Of a stretch of DNA of 64,000 nt, positions 28,609 through 38,593 are shown in pieces. The stretch is from Verrucomicrobiota bacterium. Lineage in GTDB: Bacteria; Verrucomicrobiota; Lentisphaeria; Lentisphaerales; Lentisphaeraceae. The position numbers and the translations under genes are program-made. The notes beneath the pieces are model-generated. The model was not told the origin of the DNA. It worked only from the letters and a program-made list of their open reading frames with translations, and made no database searches. The stretch is taken from assembly GCA_039798785.1 (NCBI GenBank), contig JBDKFG010000012.1, positions 12,221-76,220 of the forward strand. Direction: 5' to 3'. Within the stretch, counting starts at the first letter, position 1. Each line of letters starts with the position of its first letter.

Positions 28609-31320
28609 TCAAAGACGCTTGAAGTCAGGAAGACCACGGATGTTGTTGTATCGGACGGGGATGCCGGCCGGCGTGATGATCCGTGAAGTGACGAAGATCA
28701 GGAGATTGCGCTTCAAGGTGCGCGAACCTTTTGAGCTGAAGAGGAAGCCGAGGTAGGGAATGTCGCCGAGGTAGGGGATCTTGTCTTCGTAGGTCACGGT
28801 GTTGTCGCGGACCATGCCGCCCAAAGCCAAGGTTTCGCCGTCCCACAACTTCACCTTGGTTTCAACTGAACGAGTCTCAAAGACCGGCATTTCAAAGTGA
28901 GCGGTAATGCCACCGATGCCCGCGACGAAGATGTCGGAGTTGAAACGAGTGTCGTAATAGAGGAACTCCTTAACCTGAGGCTTGATTTCCAGATCGATGG
29001 AGTAGCCGTCAGGGTCGATGGTCGGAGTCACGGTCATGACCACGCCGATGTCAGTGGGATCGCCAAAGACCGGCTTCGACGGGGTGATAGTCTGGACGGC
29101 TGTGCCGCCGTTGTTGCCGCCACCAGCGACGTCAACACCGGGCTTATCCCATTCGGTCGGGAAATACCGCTCCTGAACGACTCGGATGACCGCTGTCTGG
29201 CCGCTCTGAGCGGTGACCTTCGGAGCATTCAGCACGTCTTTGTTGTCACGCTGATCCAAGGCACGGACCAGGGCTTTCATGGTGTAGTCGCCAAGGACTA
29301 CCGAGAAGCCCAAGATGCCGGGCGAGTAGTTGCCATCGGCGCCGACAGAGGTGGATGCGAGGACGCTGTTGAGATTGCGAACCGAGGTGCCCAAACCGTC
29401 ATTGGCAGTGGCTCCAGTCAGATCGCCGGTACGGTCGAAGAAGACGCCGTTGCCCAAGACCTTCGACAGAGAGGACTTGCCGCTGCCGTTGGCGTTGTAA
29501 TTGCGGTCGATAGTCGTGGCATTCGCCTCCCTGCCGGCAAAGGCTGGTGATTGAATAGTACTGCCGGTGGCGCTGGTGACCGTGCCGTTGATAGTGTCGC
29601 CATCAGCGACTTGGTTGATGTCCCACTGGAAGCCGAGCTCTTCCAGTTCGTTCTGAGCGATCTCTACGAATTTCGATTCAATCACCACCTGCTGAGCAGT
29701 CGGAGTCAGCTGGTTGATGATCTGTTCGACTTTGCGGAGTTCTTCGGCCGTGTTGGTGACGACAAGACGGTTGACGGATTGGATGAAGGTAACATTGGCA
29801 CCGGTATCGAACTTCACGCCGAAGTTGATGAAGTGCTGCCGGACGGCATCGCCGTCACCTCCTTCGCCGCCGCCAACGGCCGGATCGGCGGGAACTGCAG
29901 CTGGATCAGGCTCAGCACCAAGGAGATTGCCAGCCGTTTTAGTCGACTCAACCAGCTCAAGGAAGCCGGCGGGAACCGGGAAGAACTTGACTTCCATATC
30001 GAGGATTTGGACATCGGCACCGGCGATCTTCACCAAGTTGCCGTCGATCTTGTATTTCAGACCGGCATTCTGGCAGATGTAGCGAATCAGCTCACCAACC
30101 GGAATGTTGTCCAATTCCAGGCTGATCAAATGGCCTTCGGCAGGGGCCGCAGGAGCGGCGGGGTCCGCGGGAGCGGCGGGGTCCGCGGGAGCGGCGGGGT
30201 CCGCGGGAGCGGCGGGGTCCGCGGGAGCGGCGGGGTCCGCGGGAGCGGCGGGGTCCGCAGCAGCGGTGGGATTTTTCAGGCTCAAGATGATATTGATGCC
30301 TTTTTTCTCCGGATCTTGCTCGCGGGCGGCACGCTTGACTTTTTCAATCACCTCCTCAATGGTCAAGTTGTCATACTTGACCTTGGGGATGATGATACTC
30401 TTGAATTTATCATTGATCGTCGCTTCGTCATTGTTGACAGGAATGGCAGTCTTGCCGGCATTCATGTTGGTAGGGACGGAAGTGGAGCTTGAGGGAATAG
30501 GTAGTGACCACTTCCACTCGACTTCAGCGACACGTTCTGCTACGACGCTTTCACGACGCAGACGGCCAGCTTCGCTGACCTTGAGATTGCAACGGCTGAT
30601 GATTTGTGCGGCTTCGACGTTGTAGGGATCTTCGACGAGAACTTGCTCAGCGACTTCCTTGGCATCCATGAAACGCCGGTCAGAAAAGAGGATTTTGGCC
30701 TGATCCAAATTGACGTTCGCTTTTCGGCTCCGTTTAGCCTCTTCTTCCTTGTAGCCTTTGGCGCCTACGGCTTCGACCAGCTGAGTCTTCTCGGCAAGAG
30801 TCTGGAGCTTGGCGATGCGGAGCTCGAATTCCTGCTTGCGAGCAGGATTGGCTTCAATTGCAGCCTTCAAGGACTCGACGGCTTCGTTGAAAAGCTGGGT
30901 GCTGGTTTTTTCCCGGGCCGAAGTTTCCAGCTGGGTGGCGAGCTGAGACTGGACTTCCGAGATTTTCTGATTGGCGGACTGAACTTGCGCCAGGATGTCC
31001 GGAGCGTTGTTGGAGACAAGTTTGAAGTTCTGGATCGCGGCACGGTATTTCGAAGCGGCTTTTTTGTAGTCTCCGCTCTTGGCGGCGTCATCGCCTTCAG
31101 CCATTTCGAAGGTGGCCTTGAGCTTGTAGTGCTCTTTGTAAATGGCTTCATTCTTGCCGACCTGAGTGGCGGTCGCGGCCGAGGCCGCGGTGTCCTTGTC
31201 ATTGCCGAGAAGCTTGTTGGCGACGGCGTCGGGGTTTTCCTGGGCGAACAGAGCGGGTGCCGCGAAGAGAGAGGCGGCAACGCACTTGCTGAGGTTCTGG
31301 AGCAGCATGGATTCCATCAT
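28609..31320 (-). CDS. Secretin paralog 1 (Amuc_1098-like)
   Basis: 'QVVIESKFVEI', 'NAPKVTAQSG', 'DIGVVMTVTP', 'DGETLALGGM', 'KIPYLGDIPYLGFLF'. A GAGGA RBS precedes 31320. Confidence 0.9.
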   Translation of the reverse strand: MMESMLLQNLSKCVAASLFAAPALFAQENPDAVANKLLGNDKDTAASAATATQVGKNEAIYKEHYKLKATFEMAEGDDAAKSGDYKKAASKYRAAIQNFKLVSNNAPDILAQVQSANQKISEVQSQLATQLETSAREKTSTQLFNEAVESLKAAIEANPARKQEFELRIAKLQTLAEKTQLVEAVGAKGYKEEEAKRSRKANVNLDQAKILFSDRRFMDAKEVAEQVLVEDPYNVEAAQIISRCNLKVSEAGRLRRESVVAERVAEVEWKWSLPIPSSSTSVPTNMNAGKTAIPVNNDEATINDKFKSIIIPKVKYDNLTIEEVIEKVKRAAREQDPEKKGINIILSLKNPTAAADPAAPADPAAPADPAAPADPAAPADPAAPADPAAPAAPAEGHLISLELDNIPVGELIRYICQNAGLKYKIDGNLVKIAGADVQILDMEVKFFPVPAGFLELVESTKTAGNLLGAEPDPAAVPADPAVGGGEGGDGDAVRQHFINFGVKFDTGANVTFIQSVNRLVVTNTAEELRKVEQIINQLTPTAQQVVIESKFVEIAQNELEELGFQWDINQVADGDTINGTVTSATGSTIQSPAFAGREANATTIDRNYNANGSGKSSLSKVLGNGVFFDRTGDLTGATANDGLGTSVRNLNSVLASTSVGADGNYSPGILGFSVVLGDYTMKALVRALDQRDNKDVLNAPKVTAQSGQTAVIRVVQERYFPTEWDKPGVDVAGGGNNGGTAVQTITPSKPVFGDPTDIGVVMTVTPTIDPDGYSIDLEIKPQVKEFLYYDTRFNSDIFVAGIGGITAHFEMPVFETRSVETKVKLWDGETLALGGMVRDNTVTYEDKIPYLGDIPYLGFLFSSKGSRTLKRNLLIFVTSRIITPAGIPVRYNNIRGLPDFKRL
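30152..30259. repeat. 18-bp coding tandem repeat x6 (ADPAAP linker)
   Basis: The unit ggagcggcggggtccgcg is repeated six times almost perfectly. Confidence 0.95.
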
Positions 31321-31343
31321 GTTTGTTTCCTCTTTGCAGGCGT

Positions 31344-32402
31344 TCATTGTTTCTTCACAGGGCACTTGACGGCCGGCTTGGCGCCGACTTCACTCTCGGT
31401 CTTGTCTTCTTGGCAGAAGACCTTGGCGACAGACTTTTTCGCATCCCATTCACGGAGGATGAAATTCTGAACTTCGTTGTTGGGGCCTTTCAAGCTAAAC
31501 TTCTCGCCGAGCTTGGTCAGGGCAAAACTGTGTTTGCCATTACTGAAATCAATCCGGAAGGCGTTCGGAGGGTCGATCCGATTGCCAAGTTCCGCCTCGA
31601 CCTGCTCCTTCTTGGCATTTTCGAAGGTCAGTTTCATCTTTTTGGTGTTCTCCGGATCGGTTTCGTCAACGGCGATGGCGGTAAGAGTATAGCCCAAGAG
31701 TTCGTCATCGGCAACAATCGGTTCGTTGTCCTCGATCGTCTTTGTCGTTTTTCTCTGCTTACCGCGATGGGTGAAGCTGAGCTGAACTTCCCACTTCTTA
31801 ACTCCTCCGTCGACACGATCAATTTTAGAGACAGTAAACGGCAGGGGGCGCACCGGCGCCTTGACCGCAGAATAGAGAGCGATGAAAGGGGGGTGATCCT
31901 TGTCATCATCCACGCAGCCGGATTTACCCTCGAAAGTCATCAATTCATCGAAATTGGAGAAGCCGTCCTTGTCGCGGTCCTCGGCGGCGTCCTCGGGATT
32001 CTTGGGATCCAGGTTTTCCCGGATTTCAATTTCAGACGGGATCAAATCTTTATCCGGATCATCGCCACCCACAATCTCAGGTTTTAAGGTTATCGGAGTG
32101 TTGCACTTCTTGCAACGATCGGCGCCGCTGTTGACTAGGCTGGCGCAGAGAGGGTTGCGGCAGTAGACGTAGCCCGACCCATCAAAGGAATCGCCATTTT
32201 CCTTGAGTTTGACGGAAGGGTCTGAGAACTCCTTGGCTTCGATTTTCTTAACGACTTCGGTGCCTTTCGGCTCAATGACATCAAGAGGCTTCTGTTCCAA
32301 GTGGAAGGTCATTGCCAGAACGCAAGCGATGCAGACGCCGAGGAGGGCGATGATGCAGATGAGTTTTTCCAGGTGTTTGCTGATGAGTTCCTTCATGATC
32401 AT
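31344..32402 (-). CDS. Amuc_1099-like pilus-system protein
   Basis: N-terminal TM, a CxxxxC..CxxC cluster, Ca-binding-like 'DPDKDLI' and 'DRDKDGFSNFDE', and a position directly upstream of the secretin. Confidence 0.65.
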   Translation of the reverse strand: MIMKELISKHLEKLICIIALLGVCIACVLAMTFHLEQKPLDVIEPKGTEVVKKIEAKEFSDPSVKLKENGDSFDGSGYVYCRNPLCASLVNSGADRCKKCNTPITLKPEIVGGDDPDKDLIPSEIEIRENLDPKNPEDAAEDRDKDGFSNFDELMTFEGKSGCVDDDKDHPPFIALYSAVKAPVRPLPFTVSKIDRVDGGVKKWEVQLSFTHRGKQRKTTKTIEDNEPIVADDELLGYTLTAIAVDETDPENTKKMKLTFENAKKEQVEAELGNRIDPPNAFRIDFSNGKHSFALTKLGEKFSLKGPNNEVQNFILREWDAKKSVAKVFCQEDKTESEVGAKPAVKCPVKKQ

Positions 32403-33403
32403 TTGCCCTTCTGATCTTTTTTGAAGATGATCCAATCGACATTGATATCGGCTTCAAGCGTGGGCTTGTCGAAGGCCGGTGGGTTGGTCTCGTGCTTATC
32501 CGGTTCGGCGCTGGTTTTGGGGCTTTCTTCAGCCTTGGGGGCTTCAGGCTGCTTGAGCGCCTTCGGATCTTCTGGCGCCACGGGCTGAGCGTCTCCCAAT
32601 AAATTCCCCGGTGGCGGGCTCTTCTCTTTGGCGGCTTCCGAAGTGACGGCAGGGTATTTGTAGGTGGGGATGATGTCGGCCATCGATCCCTTGCCTCGAA
32701 ACTCGACAAAGCTGATGCGAGAGTAGTAACCCTTTTCATTTGACAGCTGATTGATCAGCTTCTTCAGAGCTTCGGGACTGCCGACGAATTTGAATTGGAA
32801 AGTATGGAACTCCCAGGGCAGGCTCTTGTCCTTCTCGACACTGATGACCAGATCCTTGGGACGCTTGATGCTGAGAACCTTTTCGATTCCCGCAGCGGCG
32901 GCGTTCTTGAGGACATGCTCGACATAGTTGAGCTGCTGCAAGGCGACCTGGATCTCGGCGCCATTTTTATTCAAGATGTCCTTGCGTGTACCGGCAAAGG
33001 ACAATTCATCCTTCGGATCGATTTCAAGCTGCTGTTTCTTCAGCTCCTTGACGATACGATCGACACTCAAGGTGATCGTCTGCTTGGCGGCGATCGGAGC
33101 AATGTCGGCCTTGACGTCCAAACCTTCGCTGTAGCTGGCGATGCGCTCCGCTTTGATCTTCTTCAATTCCTCGACGCGCTGTTCGGTGTTCTTCTTCTGG
33201 AGGTTGACGTTGCTGTCGTTCCTCACCTCGTATTCGAAATTGCTCAACGCCTTGTTGTTATCGGCGATCTGGGTCTTCTTGGCAATCAAGGATTCAATGT
33301 TGCTCTTGACGCTGAAATAGTACCAGGTGACACCCGCGGAGGCTACTAGTGTGACGGCATAGACGGCTATGACCGACTTATAGTTTTTAATCACATCTTT
33401 CAT
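32399..33403 (-). CDS. Amuc_1100-like (PilO-position) protein
   Basis: N-terminal TM plus coiled coil, PilO-like 'FQFKFVGSPEALKKLINQL', and synteny after PilM. Confidence 0.6.
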   Translation of the reverse strand: MKDVIKNYKSVIAVYAVTLVASAGVTWYYFSVKSNIESLIAKKTQIADNNKALSNFEYEVRNDSNVNLQKKNTEQRVEELKKIKAERIASYSEGLDVKADIAPIAAKQTITLSVDRIVKELKKQQLEIDPKDELSFAGTRKDILNKNGAEIQVALQQLNYVEHVLKNAAAAGIEKVLSIKRPKDLVISVEKDKSLPWEFHTFQFKFVGSPEALKKLINQLSNEKGYYSRISFVEFRGKGSMADIIPTYKYPAVTSEAAKEKSPPPGNLLGDAQPVAPEDPKALKQPEAPKAEESPKTSAEPDKHETNPPAFDKPTLEADINVDWIIFKKDQKGK

Positions 33404-35190
33404 TTTTCGACCCTCCCGATGGAAGTCTCTAGAGCCAACTGGACCTCGAAGGAATTGAGGTTCAACTTTTGATCCGGTGCCGGGGAATAGCTAGAGCGGT
33501 CGCCACCGACGCTGCCGGTAAGAGGCTTGCTCGCCTCGCCGCGATCGTTGATGAACGGAGAATCCTTCTTATTGACGGCATTATCCTTGAACACGTCGGT
33601 CATGATCTTGACGCTGCTGACGTCATCGATCTTGTCATCCATATTGATCCAGTAGCCGGAGACGGTGAGCCCGCCAACCTGGTCAGTTTCAGCCGCTTTG
33701 CCGACGCCTTTCTTGAGCGATTTTTTCGACGGCGCGGAGCCGACGATGGGTTTGGGTTCACCGATGATCGGCTTGATGCTGACCATCCACATCAGACGCG
33801 AGGGGATGGCCGCCTCGATTTCGTTGAGGACGGTGATCCATTCACTTCTCTGCCTAGCGAGCTCGCTATAGCATTGCATGTTCTTTTCTGTCGATGCAAT
33901 CAGGTTATAGCCGTCGTTGATCTGAGTCATCCGGCGAGTGAAGGTCGAGCATTTCTGCTCGTTCTCCGCGATGTTGGACTCCAGCTGGCTCTGCTGCTTC
34001 ATGCCAGCGAGGAGGAAGACTACCGGGATGAAGGCGAAAATGGCTGCCGAAATATAATAATAGGGGAGCTTGCCCTGGACTTCCTTGTCGCGCTTGCTCT
34101 TCTCCGACAAAAGGGATATTTCGACAGGGCACTCGACGGTGCGCAGGGCAACCCCGACCACTTCGCTGTAAAGATGTGCCTTCTCTGCGAGACTCTGACG
34201 TTCAATCGTCGGAGCGAGGCGGACGATGGAGCTTTGGAAGGGGTTCAAGTAAGCCACATCAACCTTCAGCTTGTCTTGGAAGAAGGTTTCGGTGAAAGCC
34301 ATGGTCGAGCTGCCACCCGTGAGGTAGAGCTTGACCGGCTTGTTGCCTTTCTGCTGGGTCTTGTAGATATTGATCGAACGGCTGATTTCGCCGTGGAGGC
34401 GGGTCATGACATTGCGGACAATCTTGGAGATGGTCGCCGCAACTTCCGACTCGGGCTCTTCATAGGCGCCGCCGAGAGCAACGAAACCGTGGCGGCGCTT
34501 CAATTCCTCGGCCTCGTCGAGGCCGATGCCGAATTCCTTCGCGATCTGCTGGGTGATGGCGAAACCGGCGATGGGGATGTTGCGAGAAAAGAAATGCTGG
34601 CCGTCGCAGAAAATCAGATTTGAGCAACGCGAGCCGATGTTGAGGATCATGGCGCAGTTGTCGTCACCGATTCGGCTGGCACGGGCGGCGTTGTAGCAGG
34701 ACGAGGTGGCGATGTCGATGATGTCGACGCGCAGTCCGGCGGCCTCGACGGCAGAATTGATCTTCTCGACGATGTCCGACTTGACCGCGACGAACATCAC
34801 GTCCAGCTCTTCGTTGGGGTTGCCGATGAGCTGATAGTCCCAGATCACTTCGTTCATCTCGAAGGGGACATTCTGCTTGGCCTCGTACTCGACGACCTGC
34901 TTGATCTTCACCGGGTCATTGCCGACAGGGGGCAGCTTGACGAACTTGGTGAATGAGACTTGCGCGGAAAGGACGACGTGAGCCTTCTTGGCGGTGAAGC
35001 CGACGGTCTCTTTCAGCCTCTGGATGGCGCGAGTGACTTCTTCGATGCGGTTTTCTTCAGAGGTCTGGCTTTCGTATTCGGCGATGCCGAACTTCCGCAA
35101 GGTGACGTTCGAAGGGGAGATTTCGAATTCCCCGATTTTCAGGCTGGAGGAGCCGACATCAATGGCGAGGAGTAGGTCTACTGAGGCCAT
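33400..35190 (-). CDS. pilM: Type IV pilus assembly protein PilM with PilN-like C-terminal extension (Amuc_1101-like)
   Basis: 'LAIDVGSSSLK', 'EAKQNVPF..EVIWDYQ', 'LYLTGGSS', 'NPF', 'ISLL', then a TM and a periplasmic domain. Confidence 0.88.
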   Translation of the reverse strand: MASVDLLLAIDVGSSSLKIGEFEISPSNVTLRKFGIAEYESQTSEENRIEEVTRAIQRLKETVGFTAKKAHVVLSAQVSFTKFVKLPPVGNDPVKIKQVVEYEAKQNVPFEMNEVIWDYQLIGNPNEELDVMFVAVKSDIVEKINSAVEAAGLRVDIIDIATSSCYNAARASRIGDDNCAMILNIGSRCSNLIFCDGQHFFSRNIPIAGFAITQQIAKEFGIGLDEAEELKRRHGFVALGGAYEEPESEVAATISKIVRNVMTRLHGEISRSINIYKTQQKGNKPVKLYLTGGSSTMAFTETFFQDKLKVDVAYLNPFQSSIVRLAPTIERQSLAEKAHLYSEVVGVALRTVECPVEISLLSEKSKRDKEVQGKLPYYYISAAIFAFIPVVFLLAGMKQQSQLESNIAENEQKCSTFTRRMTQINDGYNLIASTEKNMQCYSELARQRSEWITVLNEIEAAIPSRLMWMVSIKPIIGEPKPIVGSAPSKKSLKKGVGKAAETDQVGGLTVSGYWINMDDKIDDVSSVKIMTDVFKDNAVNKKDSPFINDRGEASKPLTGSVGGDRSSYSPAPDQKLNLNSFEVQLALETSIGRVEK

Positions 35191-35205
35191 GGTTTTCCCC
35201 TTGAA

Positions 35206-35892
35206 TCAGTTTTCGCGGCGGAAGGTGCGGGGGAAGACATCCTGCTGGGCGTGCTCCCAGGGGCTCTGCTCACGAGAGATGAGGAGATTCTTAACCTCTG
35301 GCATGCCTTCTTTCTGGAAAGTCTCTTTGGTGAAGCCGGCAGGCAGCTTATCGGCCTTGTGGCCGTTGACCAGGAAGACGGAAATGGGGCGGCCTTTCTC
35401 GAGCAGCTTGGAGACGCCGTTGACGCGAAGCTGGAAGTCGATCACCATGTCTTTCAAGTTCTTGCCGTCGCCTAAATAGCGCTGCACATCAGTGGGATGA
35501 ATCAGACAGCAAGCATAGTTCTTGCCCTCCTTGATGCCCCGGTAGTTCTCCGTGAAGCTGCTGCGGAAAAGAGTGCCTTTGACAGAGCCGGGAGCGAGAA
35601 GATTCCATGTCACCGACAAATCATCCAGCCAAAGGCCGGAAGGGGAAGCCTTGGTACCTGGAGCCGGAGTGATCTTGACGCTATATTCCGCCAAGAGAAC
35701 CTGCCATTTCGACGTGCCGTTGACCTTGGCGATCCGATCCATGCTGGGCTCGGGGTTCAGGAGCTCTTTGATTTCGAGACTCTCCACCGTGACTTCAACC
35801 TTGGGCTCTTTTGCCACTTGAGCATAAATGCTAGGTGCAATCAGAAAAAGAAGCGCAAAAGCGATCAGCTGCAAAAGAGTCTTCATCGGCAT
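35206..35892 (-). CDS. Secreted protein, Amuc_1102-like by position
   Basis: Signal peptide, 'KWQVLLAEY', 'WLDDLSVTWNLL', 'LLISREQSPW'. First gene of the cluster. Confidence 0.55.
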   Translation of the reverse strand: MPMKTLLQLIAFALLFLIAPSIYAQVAKEPKVEVTVESLEIKELLNPEPSMDRIAKVNGTSKWQVLLAEYSVKITPAPGTKASPSGLWLDDLSVTWNLLAPGSVKGTLFRSSFTENYRGIKEGKNYACCLIHPTDVQRYLGDGKNLKDMVIDFQLRVNGVSKLLEKGRPISVFLVNGHKADKLPAGFTKETFQKEGMPEVKNLLISREQSPWEHAQQDVFPRTFRREN

Positions 35893-35951
35893 TCTCCTTT
35901 ATGTGTGTCGGGCGTACCCGGTTGATCACTGTACTTCGCTTATGACGGCGG

Positions 35952-36905
35952 TCAAGCATCACTTCGAGCAAGTCCACGAGGATCGGGCAAGCCCGTGCCG
36001 CGTCTCCCCACTCCGCCCTCCCGCAATGCCGCGCCCACTGCACCGGGCAGGCGGGCGCTGGACAGGACCACGCGGGCTTGCATTTCTGCGATCCGAGCCT
36101 GCATCTCCTGCTGGGTGGCCACCGCCTCGGCCCGCTTGGCTTCGGCCCGTGCCGCCGCCACCTTGCTCAAGGCTTCGGAGAACTGCGACTGCAACTTGGC
36201 GCCGATGTTGTCTAAAATCGTCACCTCAGCGACGTCGCAGGACACCACTTCGAAACAGGTGCCGCTGACCACTCCGGATTCCCTGACCACATCGCTGATC
36301 ATGCCGGGATTCTTCACTAAATTGCGATGATCGTCTTGGCTGCCGAGGGCGCGCACTACCGCCTCCCCCATCCGGGCAATCACGGTTCTTTCGCCGGCGC
36401 TGCCGACCAGACGGGTGACGTCGCTGCGCACGGTCATCCTCAGGACCACTCCGACCCGGATTCCGTCCTTGCAGACCCCGATGACATGACGATGTCCGGA
36501 GCGGGGCTCGGGACATTGAAGGACCGCCGGCCGGACAAATGAGCCGACAGCCGCCAGCACATCTCGCCCCGCCAGGTCGATACGGCACAGTTCGTCAAAT
36601 GTCACAACGATGTTGGACTTGTGAGCCTGCACCGTCGCCTCGGCGACGGCAGCAAGATCGCCGCCACGGATCATGTGCTCCTGCAAGCGTAGCGCATCGA
36701 CTTCGACATCGGCGCGCTGCAGCTTGACCAGGGAATCGACGACGAGATTGGCATCGATCCGGCGGAGCCGCATCATCACCAGGTCGGGGAGGCTGATCGC
36801 CAGGCCGTTGGAGAGGACCTGGGTCCAAGTGCCGAACACCGGCATCAGGAAGATCCCGATGCCGGCGACGATAAGGAGTCCGATGATGGCAGGCGCCCAT
36901 TCCAT
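35952..36905 (-). CDS. floA: Flotillin-like FloA/YqfA (UPF0365) family protein
   Basis: 'LVMMRLRRI', 'IDLAGRDVL', 'KDGI', 'LVGSAGE.TVIARMGE', 'NIGAKLQ'. Confidence 0.8.
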   Translation of the reverse strand: MEWAPAIIGLLIVAGIGIFLMPVFGTWTQVLSNGLAISLPDLVMMRLRRIDANLVVDSLVKLQRADVEVDALRLQEHMIRGGDLAAVAEATVQAHKSNIVVTFDELCRIDLAGRDVLAAVGSFVRPAVLQCPEPRSGHRHVIGVCKDGIRVGVVLRMTVRSDVTRLVGSAGERTVIARMGEAVVRALGSQDDHRNLVKNPGMISDVVRESGVVSGTCFEVVSCDVAEVTILDNIGAKLQSQFSEALSKVAAARAEAKRAEAVATQQEMQARIAEMQARVVLSSARLPGAVGAALREGGVGRRGTGLPDPRGLARSDA

Positions 36906-36910
36906 GGCGG

Positions 36911-38407
36911 TCAGTTCCGGTAGTTGGGTGCGTCGCGGATCATCTGGATGTCGTGCGGATGAGCCTCGCGCAATCCCGATGATGTCACCTGTACCATCTT
37001 GGCCTTGGCTTGCAGCTCGGGGACGCTGCGGGCGCCGTTGTAGCCCAGGCTGAAGCGCAGACCGCCGGCGAACTGGTGCAGGACGCTGCCGACCGTGCCG
37101 CGATAAGGCACCTGCCCTTCGATGCCCTGCGGCACCAGCTGGCTGGAATCCTCGACGTCGCCCTGGCCGTAGCGCTCGCGAGACCCCTGGCCGGCTTTCA
37201 TCGCCTCGAGCGACCCCATGCCGCGGTAGACGACGAAGCGACGTCCTTGGTGCATCACTTTCTCGCCTGGGGATTCCTCGGTGGCGGCGAGCAGACCGCC
37301 CATCATCACGGCGCTGGCTCCGGCGGCGATCGCCTTGGGCACGTCGCCCGACTGCTTGATGCCGCCGTCGGCGATCACCGGCACGTCATCGGGCAGAGCT
37401 CGGCTGGCGGCCCATACGGCGCTGATCTGGGGGATGCCGACGCCGCAGACGACGCGAGTGGTGCAGATCGAGCCGGGACCGATGCCGACCTTGACGCCGT
37501 CGGCGCCAGCGTCAGCCAAGGCCTTGGCACCTTCGCCGGTGCCAACGTTACCGGCCACCACGTCGATCTTCGATCCGTAGCGCTTCTTCAACTCCTTGAC
37601 GGTGTCGATGACGCCTTTGGAGTGGCCGTGCGCAGTGTCGATGGTGATGGCGTCGACCCCGGCGTTGATCAAGGCTTCGGCGCGCTCATAGTCGTAAGGG
37701 GAGATGGCGGCGGCGACGCGCAGCTGGTAGCGCGAATCGAGGTTCTCCATCTTCGAAGAGCCGCTCACCAAAGCGCGGACGTCATGGAAGCTGTAAAGAC
37801 CGGCGAGCTTGCCGGAGGCATCTAGAAGAGGCAGCTTGCCGATGCGGGCTTCGGTCATGATCTTGTAAGCTTGTTCGAGAGTCGTACCGGCAGGAGCGGA
37901 GACCAGCTTCGAGGTCATCACCGAGGCGACACTGAGCTTGCGGTCAGTACAGAACTTCAGATCCTTGGCGGTGAGAATGCCGACGACGCGCTCGTTGGCG
38001 TCGAGGATCGGAAAGCCGGAAAAATTATAGCCTTTGTCCTGCTTGACCCTGAGGATCGAGGCAATGTCATCACTGTCGCGGAAACTGATCGGCGATTGGA
38101 TCAGGCCATTGGAGTGAAGCTTGACCTTGCGGACTTCCGCAGCCTGCGATTTGGCCGACATGTTCTTGTGAAGGACGCCGATGCCGCCGAGGCGGGCGAT
38201 GGCGATCGCCATCGGCGCCTCGGTGACCGTATCCATCGCGGCGCTGACGAAGGGTATGTTGAGCTCGATGTTGCGGCTGAAGCGCGACTTGATGCTGGCA
38301 TCCTGAGGCAGGAAGTCGGCATATTGGGTGACCAGGCTGACATCATCGAAGGTCAGGCCGAGGTAGGCGTCGCGGCCCAAAAGGGCGTCTACATGGGGGT
38401 TTTTCAT
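36911..38407 (-). CDS. guaB: IMP dehydrogenase with CBS pair
   Basis: 'LTFDDV', 'SAAMDTVTE', '[14 protein letters not shown]', 'YRGMGS'. Confidence 0.97.
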   Translation of the reverse strand: MKNPHVDALLGRDAYLGLTFDDVSLVTQYADFLPQDASIKSRFSRNIELNIPFVSAAMDTVTEAPMAIAIARLGGIGVLHKNMSAKSQAAEVRKVKLHSNGLIQSPISFRDSDDIASILRVKQDKGYNFSGFPILDANERVVGILTAKDLKFCTDRKLSVASVMTSKLVSAPAGTTLEQAYKIMTEARIGKLPLLDASGKLAGLYSFHDVRALVSGSSKMENLDSRYQLRVAAAISPYDYERAEALINAGVDAITIDTAHGHSKGVIDTVKELKKRYGSKIDVVAGNVGTGEGAKALADAGADGVKVGIGPGSICTTRVVCGVGIPQISAVWAASRALPDDVPVIADGGIKQSGDVPKAIAAGASAVMMGGLLAATEESPGEKVMHQGRRFVVYRGMGSLEAMKAGQGSRERYGQGDVEDSSQLVPQGIEGQVPYRGTVGSVLHQFAGGLRFSLGYNGARSVPELQAKAKMVQVTSSGLREAHPHDIQMIRDAPNYRN

Positions 38408-38593
38408 GTTCTCGTCTCCGGTTAAGATTCGAGCAAATTACACCCTTGCGCCCCGGCATTCAAGGGCCTTGATGCGGTCTTCGCGGCCTTCATAGCCCGG
38501 CATCAGGATTCTTGGACATCACTTGAAGTCTGCAGGGCAGCCACTCTCTTGCGTCTTAACCTCATGAAGAACCAAACACTCTGTGCAGCGATC

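Noticed and set aside
30152..30259. CRISPR-like array
   Set aside because: Contiguous coding tandem repeat with no spacers and no cas genes. No CRISPR was seen anywhere in the window.
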